Of a stretch of 64,000 nt of DNA, positions 1 to 9,726 are shown one piece after another (position 1 is the first letter of the stretch; each line of letters opens with the position of its first letter). A program made the translations under genes and the position numbers. Source of the DNA: Candidatus Jordarchaeia archaeon (lineage in GTDB: Archaea > Asgardarchaeota > Jordiarchaeia > Jordiarchaeales > Jordiarchaeaceae); the NCBI GenBank assembly GCA_029856435.1, contig JAHQXB010000143.1:1-64000 (forward strand), in the 5' to 3' direction. The notes below the pieces were generated by a model. That model did not search any database. It was given only the letters and a program-made list of their open reading frames with translations, and was not told the DNA's origin.

Positions 1-126
1 GGTTCACCCTGACCGGGGTGGAGTGGAAGGCGGCTGATGAACTCGCGAGGCCGCCGCATGATACTGTGAAGCCCCAACTCCTATGTAATTCTATGAATTT
101 CTACATAGAGTAGAACCCTTCAACGG
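1..126 (+). mobile_element. Possible 3' tail / right end (omegaRNA-like region) of an IS607 or IS200/IS605 tnpB element, truncated by window edge
   Basis: Hairpin GGCGGC(29-34)/GCCGCC(50-55). CTATG/CTATG/CTAC units at 10-bp spacing (81, 91, 101). Ends CAACGG (121-126). The resemblance to tnpB element ends is recalled, not searched. Confidence 0.4.
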
Positions 127-308
127 GATAAACTCCCCCCTTTTTATTATCTCCCCTTTAACATGTGAAGCTTGAATTTTAAACACTTTTTATCCCTACT
201 TTTCATTATTAACGTTAAATAACCACTCCAAAAAAATTGAATTGATGGGTTGAATTAGCAACTATAGCAAAAATGGATAACCACGTACCTTTTGCGTGAC
301 ATGTATTC

Positions 309-617
309 TCATTTTAGGAGGTTTGAATTAGATACCTTTTTATTCGCCTTCGAAACCTCTCTGAGTTTGTAGAGTTGATATACTAGGCTGGTCTGAAGAA
401 TGATTATTAATGATAAAAGGGTTAGGCCCAGTGTAGCCAATACGTGAAAGGGTACTGGCGTAGGGGGAATGTTGAAACGGAACCACCAATTGCTAATTAA
501 AAATTGGGTGTTAAAAATTATGAGCCCCAAAATCACAAAATAAGTAATGTAACTAAAAGCCTTCTGAATATTGGACAGCTTTCTAGCTCTTTCCTTCTCC
601 TTCTCAATCTCGGTCAT
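309..617 (-). CDS. Small 2-TM membrane protein, hypothetical
   Basis: 102 aa, two hydrophobic segments, GGTGTGA RBS-like motif before ATG. Confidence 0.7.
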   Translation of the reverse strand: MTEIEKEKERARKLSNIQKAFSYITYFVILGLIIFNTQFLISNWWFRFNIPPTPVPFHVLATLGLTLLSLIIILQTSLVYQLYKLREVSKANKKVSNSNLLK

Positions 618-723
618 AAAATCACACCCATACCAAACAAACCAGTCACATATTTCAATTAAAAACTTTTGTGTAACTTCTAAAAACGGTGAAAACCGGA
701 AAAGTTATAAGAATCATTGGCGA

Positions 724-757
724 GAAGGCTCCCAACTTCAGTCGCGGGGAGTGTCAA
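724..757 (+). mobile_element. Solitary IS200/IS605-type end hairpin remnant
   Basis: GAAGGCTCCCAACTTCAGTCGCGGGGAGTGTCAA resembles the subterminal hairpin followed by TCAA of IS605-group right ends. Confidence 0.45.
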
Positions 758-945
758 AGTCTAGGTCTATTTCCATATCAGCTTTGGGGAGTTTGCATTA
801 AAGGGGATAGCTGCTACATGCCAAAAGTCTACCATCATAAATTGTGCATCTGTTTGAATTTTTATCTAGGAATCCGCAGTCCCTGTTAACCATCTGGTAG
901 GTGAGTATCCTTTGTTCATTTAAACTTTCTCCAAATAATGTAGGG

Positions 946-1053
946 CGCTGTGTAGATTCATTCGATTTCGCCTTCGAAAGAAGCTTTCATAGGGCTTCTT
1001 TTCTGACTCAGAGCCTCGAAATGAGGGGTGGAATCGGACTAATCTACATCACC
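946..1053 (+). mobile_element. 108-bp hairpin MITE, copy A
   Basis: About 5 mismatches versus reverse complement of 15701-15808. Terminal IR around GTGTAGATT/AATCTACAT. Flanked by 11-bp direct repeat ATAATGTAGGG (935-945, 1054-1064). Confidence 0.85.
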
Positions 1054-1329
1054 ATAATGTAGGGGGCGAATATTCACTTTAACCCCCATTTTCCCTGCCA
1101 GATCAACCAAGAGCTTCTTTTCTCGAGGAAAAAGAAATAAACCCACCTTAACACCACCCCTCCCCCTCACCAAGTTTTTGCACCAGAGAACAGCACACCC
1201 TGAACAGTTCATCTTCAACTCTCCCCAAACATCCCAAGACTCAATTTTTCAGCAATCTCAAATCAGAAATGCTCGAAACATCTCCACTTAACCAATTATA
1301 GTCTCTCTAATGGACATGAAAATTCCCAA

Positions 1330-2493
1330 TCACAGTAATGCTTTGACTGCCTCTTCCAAGCCGTTAATTGTTAATCTGAACATGGGGAAGATTTTGGAAA
1401 TCATATTAATTGTCCAACCAGTATAACTTGTGGGGTTTAGCCAAACCGATTTTCTGAAGTGGTCGCGCAGGCGTGTGAGCCAAACTATACCCGGCGTAGC
1501 ATCGGGGTCAGAGTAGTAATAAATTGCGCCGCCCGGGTCAACGAGTTCAGAGGGATGCATATACGCATCTCCCACTATTATGAGCTTATAGTCCCTATCA
1601 TACCTGTGCATCAAATCTGCGGTGGGAAACTTGGTGGACTCCCTTAGAAGCATATTTTTGTAAACAAATTGGTAGATACAGTTGTGAAAATAGTAGTATT
1701 GAAAGTCCTTAAAGAATTTCAGGGAATAAGCCGCCGAAAATAGCTGATTGACAAGATGAGCGTAGGGTTCCATGGAGCCGCCTGCATCCATCAAGAGAAG
1801 CACCTTCACCCTATTTCTTCTCTCCGGTCTAAAGACGAGTTCTAACTCCCCCGCATTTTTGCATGTCTCATCAATGGTTTCCTCAAGATCCAACTCTTCT
1901 GGTGTTCCCATACGTTTAAGTACCCGTAGCTTTTTGAGAGCCATCTGTATCTGGCGAATATCCAGAGTCATATCATGTCTGTAGTTTTGGTATCGGCGTT
2001 CCATAGCGTACTTCATGGCCATTCCTCCCCCTCTCCTATCCGCGAGACTAATTCCCGTGGGGTGCGCGCCTCGAACCCCGAAGGGAGATGTGCCCCCGGT
2101 ACCAATCCATTTATCTCCGCCGTCATGCCGCTCCTTCTGCTCCCTGAGACGTTCCTCAAAGAGGCGTCGAAGCTCCTCTAAGTCCAAACATTTAAGTAAC
2201 TCTAATTCTTCGGGAAGCAAGTATTTATGGTTGAGGGGGTTTTCCAGCCACTTCAGAAACTGTTCATCTATGGTTAACATTTTATCTATGTCCCTGAAGA
2301 ACTCCGCGAAACATTGGTCGAAGGCGTCAAAGTGGCACTCGTTCTTCACCAGCAGGGCTCTAGTTAAAAAGTAAAAGTCGTCAAAACTGCAGTTGTGGAG
2401 TCCCATTGAGAGAGCCTTCATATAGGTGAGCCACTCCGTGATGGTGACGGGAATCTTATGTTGCCTTAAGAGGTAGAAGAAGTCGATTAGCAA
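1330..2493 (-). CDS. VWA domain CoxE-like protein
   Basis: MIDAS-like DAGGSM motif, IIVGDA motif, coupled to MoxR ATPase. Confidence 0.9.
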   Translation of the reverse strand: MLIDFFYLLRQHKIPVTITEWLTYMKALSMGLHNCSFDDFYFLTRALLVKNECHFDAFDQCFAEFFRDIDKMLTIDEQFLKWLENPLNHKYLLPEELELLKCLDLEELRRLFEERLREQKERHDGGDKWIGTGGTSPFGVRGAHPTGISLADRRGGGMAMKYAMERRYQNYRHDMTLDIRQIQMALKKLRVLKRMGTPEELDLEETIDETCKNAGELELVFRPERRNRVKVLLLMDAGGSMEPYAHLVNQLFSAAYSLKFFKDFQYYYFHNCIYQFVYKNMLLRESTKFPTADLMHRYDRDYKLIIVGDAYMHPSELVDPGGAIYYYSDPDATPGIVWLTRLRDHFRKSVWLNPTSYTGWTINMISKIFPMFRLTINGLEEAVKALL

Positions 2494-3375
2494 CTAGTAA
2501 TATCTCCTACCAAAAGTTTCATAACTCTTGGGGTTGGCTTCACCATAAGCTTTCTGGTGTTCCACTCGGATGACTTCCATGAGGTCCTGCTCCTTTTTAA
2601 CCAAAGTGCCCAAGAAAGGAATTTCCTCAGCTAGTCTCTCCTCCGAAATTCCGAAACGTAGGAGCACGCCGATCCAATCAATAAGCTCCGAAGTTGAAGG
2701 CTTCTTCTTCAACGTGTTGATGGAACGCAGCTCGTAAAACTTGTCCAAAACCTGATTAATGAACTTCTCCTCCAAATTGGGATAGTGAACCTCCACTATC
2801 CTCCGCATCAACTCCCGGTCTGGAAACTCAATGTAGTGGAACACGCACCGCCGCAGAAACGCGTCCGGCAGCTCCTTCTCATTATTACTAGTAATAATCA
2901 CAATGGGCCTAGTTTTAGCCTTAATCTCCCTGCCGGTCTCAATAATCTTAAAAGACATCTCGTCCAGCTCATTCAATAAATCATTGGGAAACTCAATATC
3001 CGCCTTGTCAATTTCGTCAATAAGCAGAACCACCTGCTCATCAGAAGCGAAAGCCTGACCCAGTTCCCCTAATCTTATATAGTTCTCAATGTTTGAAACG
3101 TCTTTGTCCCCGAAGCGGGCGTCATTCAACCGCTGAACAGTATCATACACGTAAAGACCGTCCTTGGCCTTACTCGTGGATTTTATGTTCCAAACAATCA
3201 ACTTCTTGTTCAAAGCCTTCGCAATACTCATCGCCAGAAGAGTTTTACCCGTACCCGGCTCACCGCGAACCAGCAAGGGACGCCCCAGAGCAATGGCCGC
3301 ATTAACAATATTAGCCAATTCCTCCGACGCAATGTAATCGTCGGAACCCTGATACCTTTTAACTGTGCTACTCAT
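2494..3375 (-). CDS. MoxR family AAA+ ATPase
   Basis: GEPGTGKT Walker A, LLIDEIDKAD Walker B, LPDAFLRRC. Confidence 0.93.
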   Translation of the reverse strand: MSSTVKRYQGSDDYIASEELANIVNAAIALGRPLLVRGEPGTGKTLLAMSIAKALNKKLIVWNIKSTSKAKDGLYVYDTVQRLNDARFGDKDVSNIENYIRLGELGQAFASDEQVVLLIDEIDKADIEFPNDLLNELDEMSFKIIETGREIKAKTRPIVIITSNNEKELPDAFLRRCVFHYIEFPDRELMRRIVEVHYPNLEEKFINQVLDKFYELRSINTLKKKPSTSELIDWIGVLLRFGISEERLAEEIPFLGTLVKKEQDLMEVIRVEHQKAYGEANPKSYETFGRRYY

Positions 3376-3586
3376 TTTTCCCGACCAGCAACGAAAATCA
3401 TCAAACTATAATTAAGGGATAAAAACTGAAAACTGCTTTAAATCTTTTCGCCACAAAAAAGGGAAAAGGAGAGCCACAATCTACATGCCGTAATCCCCAC
3501 AATCCAAATTCAGTTCCATACGCATATCACACTAGATAACTAAGAGATAGACCGGGGCTATTTTTTTGAGGGGTTGACGTATTCTT

Positions 3587-4480
3587 TTAATCCACTTCCG
3601 TTCCTTGGAATAGGTAGGTGCTCACCAGAAGCATTGCCGCAGTGAATCCTATAAGAATCAGAAAGTCAATTGTGAGAGGCATTGTGCCTCCAATTCCCAC
3701 AAGCGTGGTTCTAAGAGCATCCACTCCATAGGTCAACGGGTCTAGATATGCAATGCTCTGAACCCAACTGGGAAATGAACTCAGAGGGAATAGTGCACCA
3801 GATAGGAAGAACAGTGGAAACACTATGAAATTCATTATCAGCATGAAGCCCTGAAAATCGGTCATCTTTGCAGCGAAAGCCACTCCAAGCCCCACAAAGC
3901 CCATGGATATGAGTATCATGAATACCACGGACAGGCTAAGACCCGCCGGGCCACTAATATTAACTCCCATTGGAATTGAGATTCCCAAAATTAAGAGTCC
4001 CTGCATTATGGCAGTGGTCACCCCGCCCAGTGTTCTTCCCATGGCTATCGAAAGCCTGCTCACTGGCGCCACCATAACTTCCTTCAAGAAACCAAACTCC
4101 CTGTCAAAAAGAATACTCATCCCAGCAACCATAGAGGCGAAAAGCAGAATCATACCAATAATACCCGGACCTAGAAAAGAAAGATAATTCAAACCCCACT
4201 TTTGGGCCAACACACCAGCCAAATACTGCGCCCCCCAATATGCAACATACTGGTTAAACCCCCAAAAAGATTGCAAAACTTCCTCTAAGTAATTCGCAAT
4301 AAACGCAGAGGAGGGAATGCCCGGAATCTGAAAACTCTGAAAACCCATCCCCATAAAAGCCAAAAAGAATGCTGGCATAGCAACCATTCCAACCACTCTA
4401 CTCCAAGACCTGAAGAACTTCTTCATCTCACGCAACCACATAACATACACGGCCTGTAACTCCAAAGTCCTCTTCACCAT
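3587..4480 (-). CDS. ABC-2 type exporter permease
   Basis: DREFGFLKEVMVAPVSR, FFLSGALFP, PLTYGVD motifs. Confidence 0.92.
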   Translation of the reverse strand: MVKRTLELQAVYVMWLREMKKFFRSWSRVVGMVAMPAFFLAFMGMGFQSFQIPGIPSSAFIANYLEEVLQSFWGFNQYVAYWGAQYLAGVLAQKWGLNYLSFLGPGIIGMILLFASMVAGMSILFDREFGFLKEVMVAPVSRLSIAMGRTLGGVTTAIMQGLLILGISIPMGVNISGPAGLSLSVVFMILISMGFVGLGVAFAAKMTDFQGFMLIMNFIVFPLFFLSGALFPLSSFPSWVQSIAYLDPLTYGVDALRTTLVGIGGTMPLTIDFLILIGFTAAMLLVSTYLFQGTEVD

Positions 4481-4521
4481 TTATCACCCCAAAAAACACT
4501 TTGAACCAAACTTTCCTAAAA

Positions 4522-5526
4522 CTAACTTTTTCTACGCATACTCCTAACCCGCTCCCTCATCAAAGCCCTGTTTCCCCCATTCTCCTCCCTAATACTCCTT
4601 CCAGTGTACTGGAGGAAAACGTCCTCCAAGGTGGGCTCCCTGAGGCTCACCGACCTAATCCGCGTCCCCGCCCTCTGAGCCAAATTAACCAGCTCCGGTA
4701 TTCTAATTTCACCCTGTCGCACATTAAGATCAATTATCCCATCATGTTCACTTATCTTCTTAACCCACTCCAAACCCTTCAACTGTTCAAAAAACTTTTC
4801 CTTACCATCGTCCAACTGTAAAGATATCACATCGGATCCAACAGAATCCTTCAGGTTCTTCGAATTATCTAGAGCAACAATCTTCCCAAAATCCATAATA
4901 GCAATCCTACTACAAAGGTAATCCGCCTCCTCCAAGTAGTGAGTGGTAAGAATAATAGTAACCTCTTCCTCCCGAGACATCCTCTTAATATAATTCCAAA
5001 TCCGATGCCTAGTTTGGACATCTAAACCCAAAGTAGGTTCGTCAAGGAATAGTACGCGTGGGAAATGCATTAATCCTCGGGCTATTTCTAGTCTCCTTTT
5101 CATTCCTCCAGAGTAGTTTATGACTAGAGTTTTGGCGTGGTCGGTTAGTTCTACTAAGTCTAGGACTTCGCTTATTCTTTCTTTTCTTTTCTGTTTGGGA
5201 AGTCCATACATTCGGGCGTGGAAGTCTAGGTTTTCTTCTCCTGTGAGTCTTACGTCTAGGCTAGGGTCTTGGAAAACCATTCCGATGCTGCTTCTAACCT
5301 CATCTTTTTGGGTCTGTATGTTGTATCCCCATACCTCTGCCGTTCCGGATGTGGGCTTGATGAGTGTGGATAGCATTTTTAGGGTGGTGGTTTTACCGGC
5401 GCCGTTGGGCCCCAGCATTCCAAACAGTTCCCCCTTTTCTATTTCGATGTTTAATTTGTCCACTGCGGTGAGGCCTTTAAACTTTTTAGTTAATTCACGT
5501 GTTTTAATTGCATACATATCGTTCAT
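4522..5526 (-). CDS. ABC exporter ATP-binding protein (DrrA-like)
   Basis: GPNGAGKTT, YSGGM signature, LDEPT, TTHY, C-terminal EPTLEDVF. Confidence 0.95.
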   Translation of the reverse strand: MNDMYAIKTRELTKKFKGLTAVDKLNIEIEKGELFGMLGPNGAGKTTTLKMLSTLIKPTSGTAEVWGYNIQTQKDEVRSSIGMVFQDPSLDVRLTGEENLDFHARMYGLPKQKRKERISEVLDLVELTDHAKTLVINYSGGMKRRLEIARGLMHFPRVLFLDEPTLGLDVQTRHRIWNYIKRMSREEEVTIILTTHYLEEADYLCSRIAIMDFGKIVALDNSKNLKDSVGSDVISLQLDDGKEKFFEQLKGLEWVKKISEHDGIIDLNVRQGEIRIPELVNLAQRAGTRIRSVSLREPTLEDVFLQYTGRSIREENGGNRALMRERVRSMRRKS

Positions 5527-6169
5527 CCGCCTGTTTTCCTACGTGGCGCTTGGTGCTGGTTGGGTTTTTTTAAAATTTTTTGTTTTTGAGTTTTCTTTTA
5601 GAGAGTTTGGTTAGTTCTCTTTTTAATGGAAACAATTTTTGTTTTTAACTGTTTTTATTTAACTTAACTTTATATTTTTAGTTTTTTAAAGATTTATATT
5701 TTTAATTTATAATTGTATAACCTTAATATTTTTATGTTTTTAAAAAATTAAGTATTAATCTATCTATCTTTTGAGATGGCTGGAAAACGAAAAAGGAAAG
5801 TCTACCGTTGCTTTACCCATAAAAAACACATTTTACTTTTTTGTGTAGTAAGTTTTGGTGATTTTTTTGCAGATTTTCCCTATCTCCCTTTTTTGGTTTT
5901 TTGGTGGATCGAAAAAATTTTTGCCCATAGATTAGTGGTTGGGGCGAAAAGTTCTGAGGCTCTGCCTCTCTTTAAAAAAATTCGAAAACAATTTTTATCG
6001 GTTGTCCTATTGTTGTATTCTTGTTAAATTTGTGGTGTTGGTTTTCGGGCGTGAATTTATTTTTTGGTGTTCGAATTGTTTTTTTGTTTTAGATTTCCTT
6101 TAAGTTTCTGAAAAGCCTTATAGTGTCTTATGCAAATATTTTATTTAACTATTTGTAGGGTGATTCGGA

Positions 6170-6985
6170 TTGTCTGGTAAACCCAGTTATGCGCTTATGC
6201 TTCAAATTGAACATGGAGAAAAGGTTCCTCTCCCCTTCAAACAAGAAAACTTATCCAGCAGCAATATTGTCGCCACCATAGATGAGCAAAACAGCGCCTT
6301 GTACCTGTGGTTTGGGAAAGAGTGCAGCGATGTAGTCAAAAGATCCGCTTTGCGCACCGCCCAATCTATAAAAAAGTCAGGATTCGCATACGGGCAGCTC
6401 CACATTGGACACGACCTAAGGGACATAAAAATAGTAGACGAATCCAATTTAAACGACCCCGAAATCCAAAGGAACCATGAAGAGTTAACTGCAATTTTCA
6501 AGCGCAAATTCACAATGAAGGACCAGTTCGTAATGGAAATTGGAAGACCCCAAGCCGCTCCACAGCCAGCAGAAAAACAAGCGCATGTACCTCCCATGCC
6601 GGAACCAAAAATCATTGTTCCCAAACCGACAGCCGCTCCTCAGCTTGCTCCAAGTGTTGAGGAGGCCCCCCTAGAACAACCGGTCGCTCCCAAACCCACC
6701 AGTTCCAAAGTGGTAACAACAGGCATTGAGCCGGAGCTAGTTGGGCAAGTTAAGCTGGGACTTTTATCTGTTCTGCTGGCTTCCAAGTTTTCCGGTTTCC
6801 AGTTAAAGACCACCCTGTCAAGTGATGGTGAGCCGGTTTACGAGTTCTTGAGTAGCGGAGGCACCCTCTGTAAAGCTTCCCTGGACGGATCAGATTTAGT
6901 TATTTATCCTGAGTCTGAGTTCGGTGGAAGAAGAGAAGAAATAATTGCTGCTTTGAAGAAGAAGGTTGGTTCACTCAGCCTTTAG
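6170..6985 (+). CDS. Gelsolin-like domain protein with Pro-rich linker and C-terminal domain
   Basis: LSSSNIVATIDEQNSALYLWFGKECSDVVKRSALRTAQSI fits the gelsolin-repeat pattern LxS.D...lD.....iyvW.G......Ek..A...A. Confidence 0.7.
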   Translation: MSGKPSYALMLQIEHGEKVPLPFKQENLSSSNIVATIDEQNSALYLWFGKECSDVVKRSALRTAQSIKKSGFAYGQLHIGHDLRDIKIVDESNLNDPEIQRNHEELTAIFKRKFTMKDQFVMEIGRPQAAPQPAEKQAHVPPMPEPKIIVPKPTAAPQLAPSVEEAPLEQPVAPKPTSSKVVTTGIEPELVGQVKLGLLSVLLASKFSGFQLKTTLSSDGEPVYEFLSSGGTLCKASLDGSDLVIYPESEFGGRREEIIAALKKKVGSLSL

Positions 6986-7005
6986 ACCCCTCCCTCTTTT
7001 TATTT

Positions 7006-7779
7006 TTATATTATTTTTCGGGCGAAGGTCATATATCCGGTGTGTCCTATCATTCTGGTTTCAGGTCGGGTTTTGCCCTCCTCCACATTTATGTACCTAA
7101 CCAAGCATTCCAGTGTCCTCAGGTCGGTGAACTTTTCCTTCTCTAGTTCCTTTACTGTTTTTTGCACTTGGTCGATGGTTGGCGAGTACGAGGCGAAGTT
7201 CCCTCCCCCTTGGAGAGCTTTATAGGCGGCTTTAACTGCTAGCCATGGCGTGGCTATGTCCAGTATGACTGCGTCCACCTGCTCTTCTTCTATGCCCTCC
7301 AGAATGTCCTTGTTTTTGAGTTCGACATATTCCATTACTCCTGCTTTTTCCAGGTTTTTTCGAGCAATGTTTTGGAACTCCTCCCGATTCTCGTAGCTGT
7401 AGACTTTGCCACTGGGCTTAACGTAATTTGCCAAGATTATGGTAAGTGCTCCGCTTCCAGTGCCTGCTTCCACCACTCTGCTCCCCGGAACTACGCCAGT
7501 GTTTAGTAGAATGAGACCTATGTCTTTGGGATATATTATCTGAGTGGTTCTCTGCATTTTAAGCACTATGTCCATAGGTGTGGGTTTTACTACGTAGAAC
7601 TTATGGTTGGTGCTACTCATAACAGTGGTTCCATAGGGTTTTCCGATAATATCGTTGAAGTTCACTGCGCCTTTGTGGGTGTGGTGGACTTTTCCTTCCT
7701 CGGCTTTGAGCAGCCATCTCCTCTTCGTATCATAGATTAGTAGTATGTAGTCTCCAACCTTTACGCTCATTGGGCTCAC
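7006..7779 (-). CDS. trmI: tRNA (adenine-N1)-methyltransferase TrmI/Trm61
   Basis: RTTQIIYPKD, VEAGTGSGALT, DAVILD..PW, MIGHTGY. Confidence 0.95.
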   Translation of the reverse strand: MSPMSVKVGDYILLIYDTKRRWLLKAEEGKVHHTHKGAVNFNDIIGKPYGTTVMSSTNHKFYVVKPTPMDIVLKMQRTTQIIYPKDIGLILLNTGVVPGSRVVEAGTGSGALTIILANYVKPSGKVYSYENREEFQNIARKNLEKAGVMEYVELKNKDILEGIEEEQVDAVILDIATPWLAVKAAYKALQGGGNFASYSPTIDQVQKTVKELEKEKFTDLRTLECLVRYINVEEGKTRPETRMIGHTGYMTFARKII

Positions 7780-7789
7780 TTCATTCCTT

Positions 7790-8824
7790 TTAGAGGTGTG
7801 GTTTTCCTATTATTGGAATTTGGGTGCCGCATCTTGGGCACTTATTTTCAGGAGTAATTCGATATTTGGTGATACTAAAAATGTATCTCTCTATGAGTAG
7901 CTCCCCACAATTAGGACACCAAGTATTTTCGCCCCTGTGTCCCGGCACATTCCCTATGTAAACATATTTTAAGCCTTCACCTAGTCCCACTTCTCTGGCG
8001 CGTTCCAATGTTTGGATTGGCGTGGCTTCTCGGTCTGTCATCTTGTATTCTGGATGGAACCGTGTCACGTGCCAAGGAATGTTTTCGTCCTCCTCCCTTA
8101 TCCTCCGGGCTATGCTTCTCAGGCAATCTACATCATCATTCACCCTGGGGATAACCAGAGTAGTTATCTCAATGTGGATTCCCCTCTTCTTTGATTCATG
8201 GATGTTGCGCCACACATAGTCAACATCTGCTCCACAGTACTTCTGAACGGTTTCTTTGCATCCCTTAACATCCACATTCATAGCGTCCAAGCCGCTCCCT
8301 ATGAGGAGATCCAAGGCCTGGGGAGTCATATATCCATTAGTAACGTAAGTATTGTAGTACCCCATCTTTTTTGCAAGTCTAAAAACATCTAAAGAGTACT
8401 CCAAGAGGAGTGTGGGCTCATTAAAAGATATGGAAGTACCCTGACACTTATAGGCTTTAACGAGACGCATAAACTGCTCTGGACTCACATAATTTTTAAA
8501 CTCATCAGGAGGATGCTTTGATATCTCCCAATTCTGACACCAAGGGCAGGTAAAATTGCAGCTCCAGGAGCCAACGGTTAAGGCCTTTGAGCCGGGATAA
8601 AAGTGGAAAAATGGCTTCTTTTCAATGGGATTAGCACTTAGTGAGGAGATGTCGCCATATATTAATGTGTAGAGTTTTCCCCCGATATTTTTTCTTGTTT
8701 TGCAGAACCCTACTTCTCCCTCTGAAATTATACACTTACGCATACAGGTAAGACACCTTATTCTTCCCTCATCTGTTTTCTCGCTTAGTATTGCTTCTCT
8801 TAACTGGAAATTATCATTTTTCAT
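7790..8824 (-). CDS. AmmeMemoRadiSam system radical SAM enzyme
   Basis: NPIEKKPFFHF, CNFTCPWCQNWEIS, NEPT, C-terminal CPNCG/CPRCG. Confidence 0.92.
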   Translation of the reverse strand: MKNDNFQLREAILSEKTDEGRIRCLTCMRKCIISEGEVGFCKTRKNIGGKLYTLIYGDISSLSANPIEKKPFFHFYPGSKALTVGSWSCNFTCPWCQNWEISKHPPDEFKNYVSPEQFMRLVKAYKCQGTSISFNEPTLLLEYSLDVFRLAKKMGYYNTYVTNGYMTPQALDLLIGSGLDAMNVDVKGCKETVQKYCGADVDYVWRNIHESKKRGIHIEITTLVIPRVNDDVDCLRSIARRIREEDENIPWHVTRFHPEYKMTDREATPIQTLERAREVGLGEGLKYVYIGNVPGHRGENTWCPNCGELLIERYIFSITKYRITPENKCPRCGTQIPIIGKPHL

Positions 8825-9097
8825 CTAAAAACCCCTTTTATTTTTGGCGTAAAACACACGGCTTTTAAAAGGATTAGTAATAGGATTCCCAAAATCATAA
8901 TAGGCAGATTTTTTTAAATTCTTTCTATGAGTATCCTGATTAAAGCTTGTTAACGGTTTATTGTGGAAGGTTTGGTGGGAAATGTGAATTTGAAAACCCA
9001 TTTTTTAAAGTCTTTTTTCAAAGAATAATTTTATAAATAAATTCTTTTTATAATAATCACTAATATTTGGTTCACCAAATTAGTGGAGGCTGATATT

Positions 9098-9463
9098 ATG
9101 CCTGAAGAAAGGCAGTTGGAACCCGCAGTGCCTCTTAAGCTCAGCAGCTTGGAAGACTTGGCGAGGATGCTTGTTTTTTGGGTTGCCAGAGAGCGGGGGG
9201 CTTCAATACTGTATTTTGAAAAGGATGGCAAGCATATATATGGAGCACTGACGGTGAGCTTTCCGGGATACTATGAACTTAGGGGTGTTCCCCTATTTAT
9301 CTGTGTAATCGGAAAGGAGGCTCCTAAGGGACAGTTTCTGCGTTATCAGGGACAGCCCGAGGAATCCATTGCCTTTGTAAAATCCATAGAGATAGATCCC
9401 AAATATCAATACATTCCCATAATAAAACTCGCTGAACCCCCCAAATTTGTTGGGAAACTATGA
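9098..9463 (+). CDS. Conserved archaeal hypothetical protein
   Basis: RBS GGAGG before ATG 9098; PLKLSSLEDLARM ... IPIIKL pattern seen in TACK/Asgard small proteins. Confidence 0.75.
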   Translation: MPEERQLEPAVPLKLSSLEDLARMLVFWVARERGASILYFEKDGKHIYGALTVSFPGYYELRGVPLFICVIGKEAPKGQFLRYQGQPEESIAFVKSIEIDPKYQYIPIIKLAEPPKFVGKL

Positions 9464-9726
9464 GAAACGAAATCACCTAATCCTCTTTTCAGCTCTGACT
9501 TATTTTTTCTCATTTTTGTAAAATCTCTAGGTTTCAAGAGAGAAGAATACTTTTTCTGAAACAAACTTTCGGAAAGCATTTGAACTGTGCGGCAGAATTA
9601 AAAAGTTGAAAGTGGTGTTTATTGTGTGTGCGGGGCCAGGAACGTATTCCTTTTATTAGTTTTTATTCGATTTTCTATGAGTTCCTGTGAATGATTGCTG
9701 AAAAGAGGATGGTGTTAGAAGGCATT

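Noticed and set aside
29-60. Hammerhead ribozyme (CTGATGA core)
   Set aside because: No GAAA after a stem II and no stem III/cleavage triplet can be arranged.
5530-6170. Replication origin in the long AT-rich intergenic region
   Set aside because: No ORB-like repeats and no cdc6/orc1 gene nearby; consistent with a divergent promoter region.
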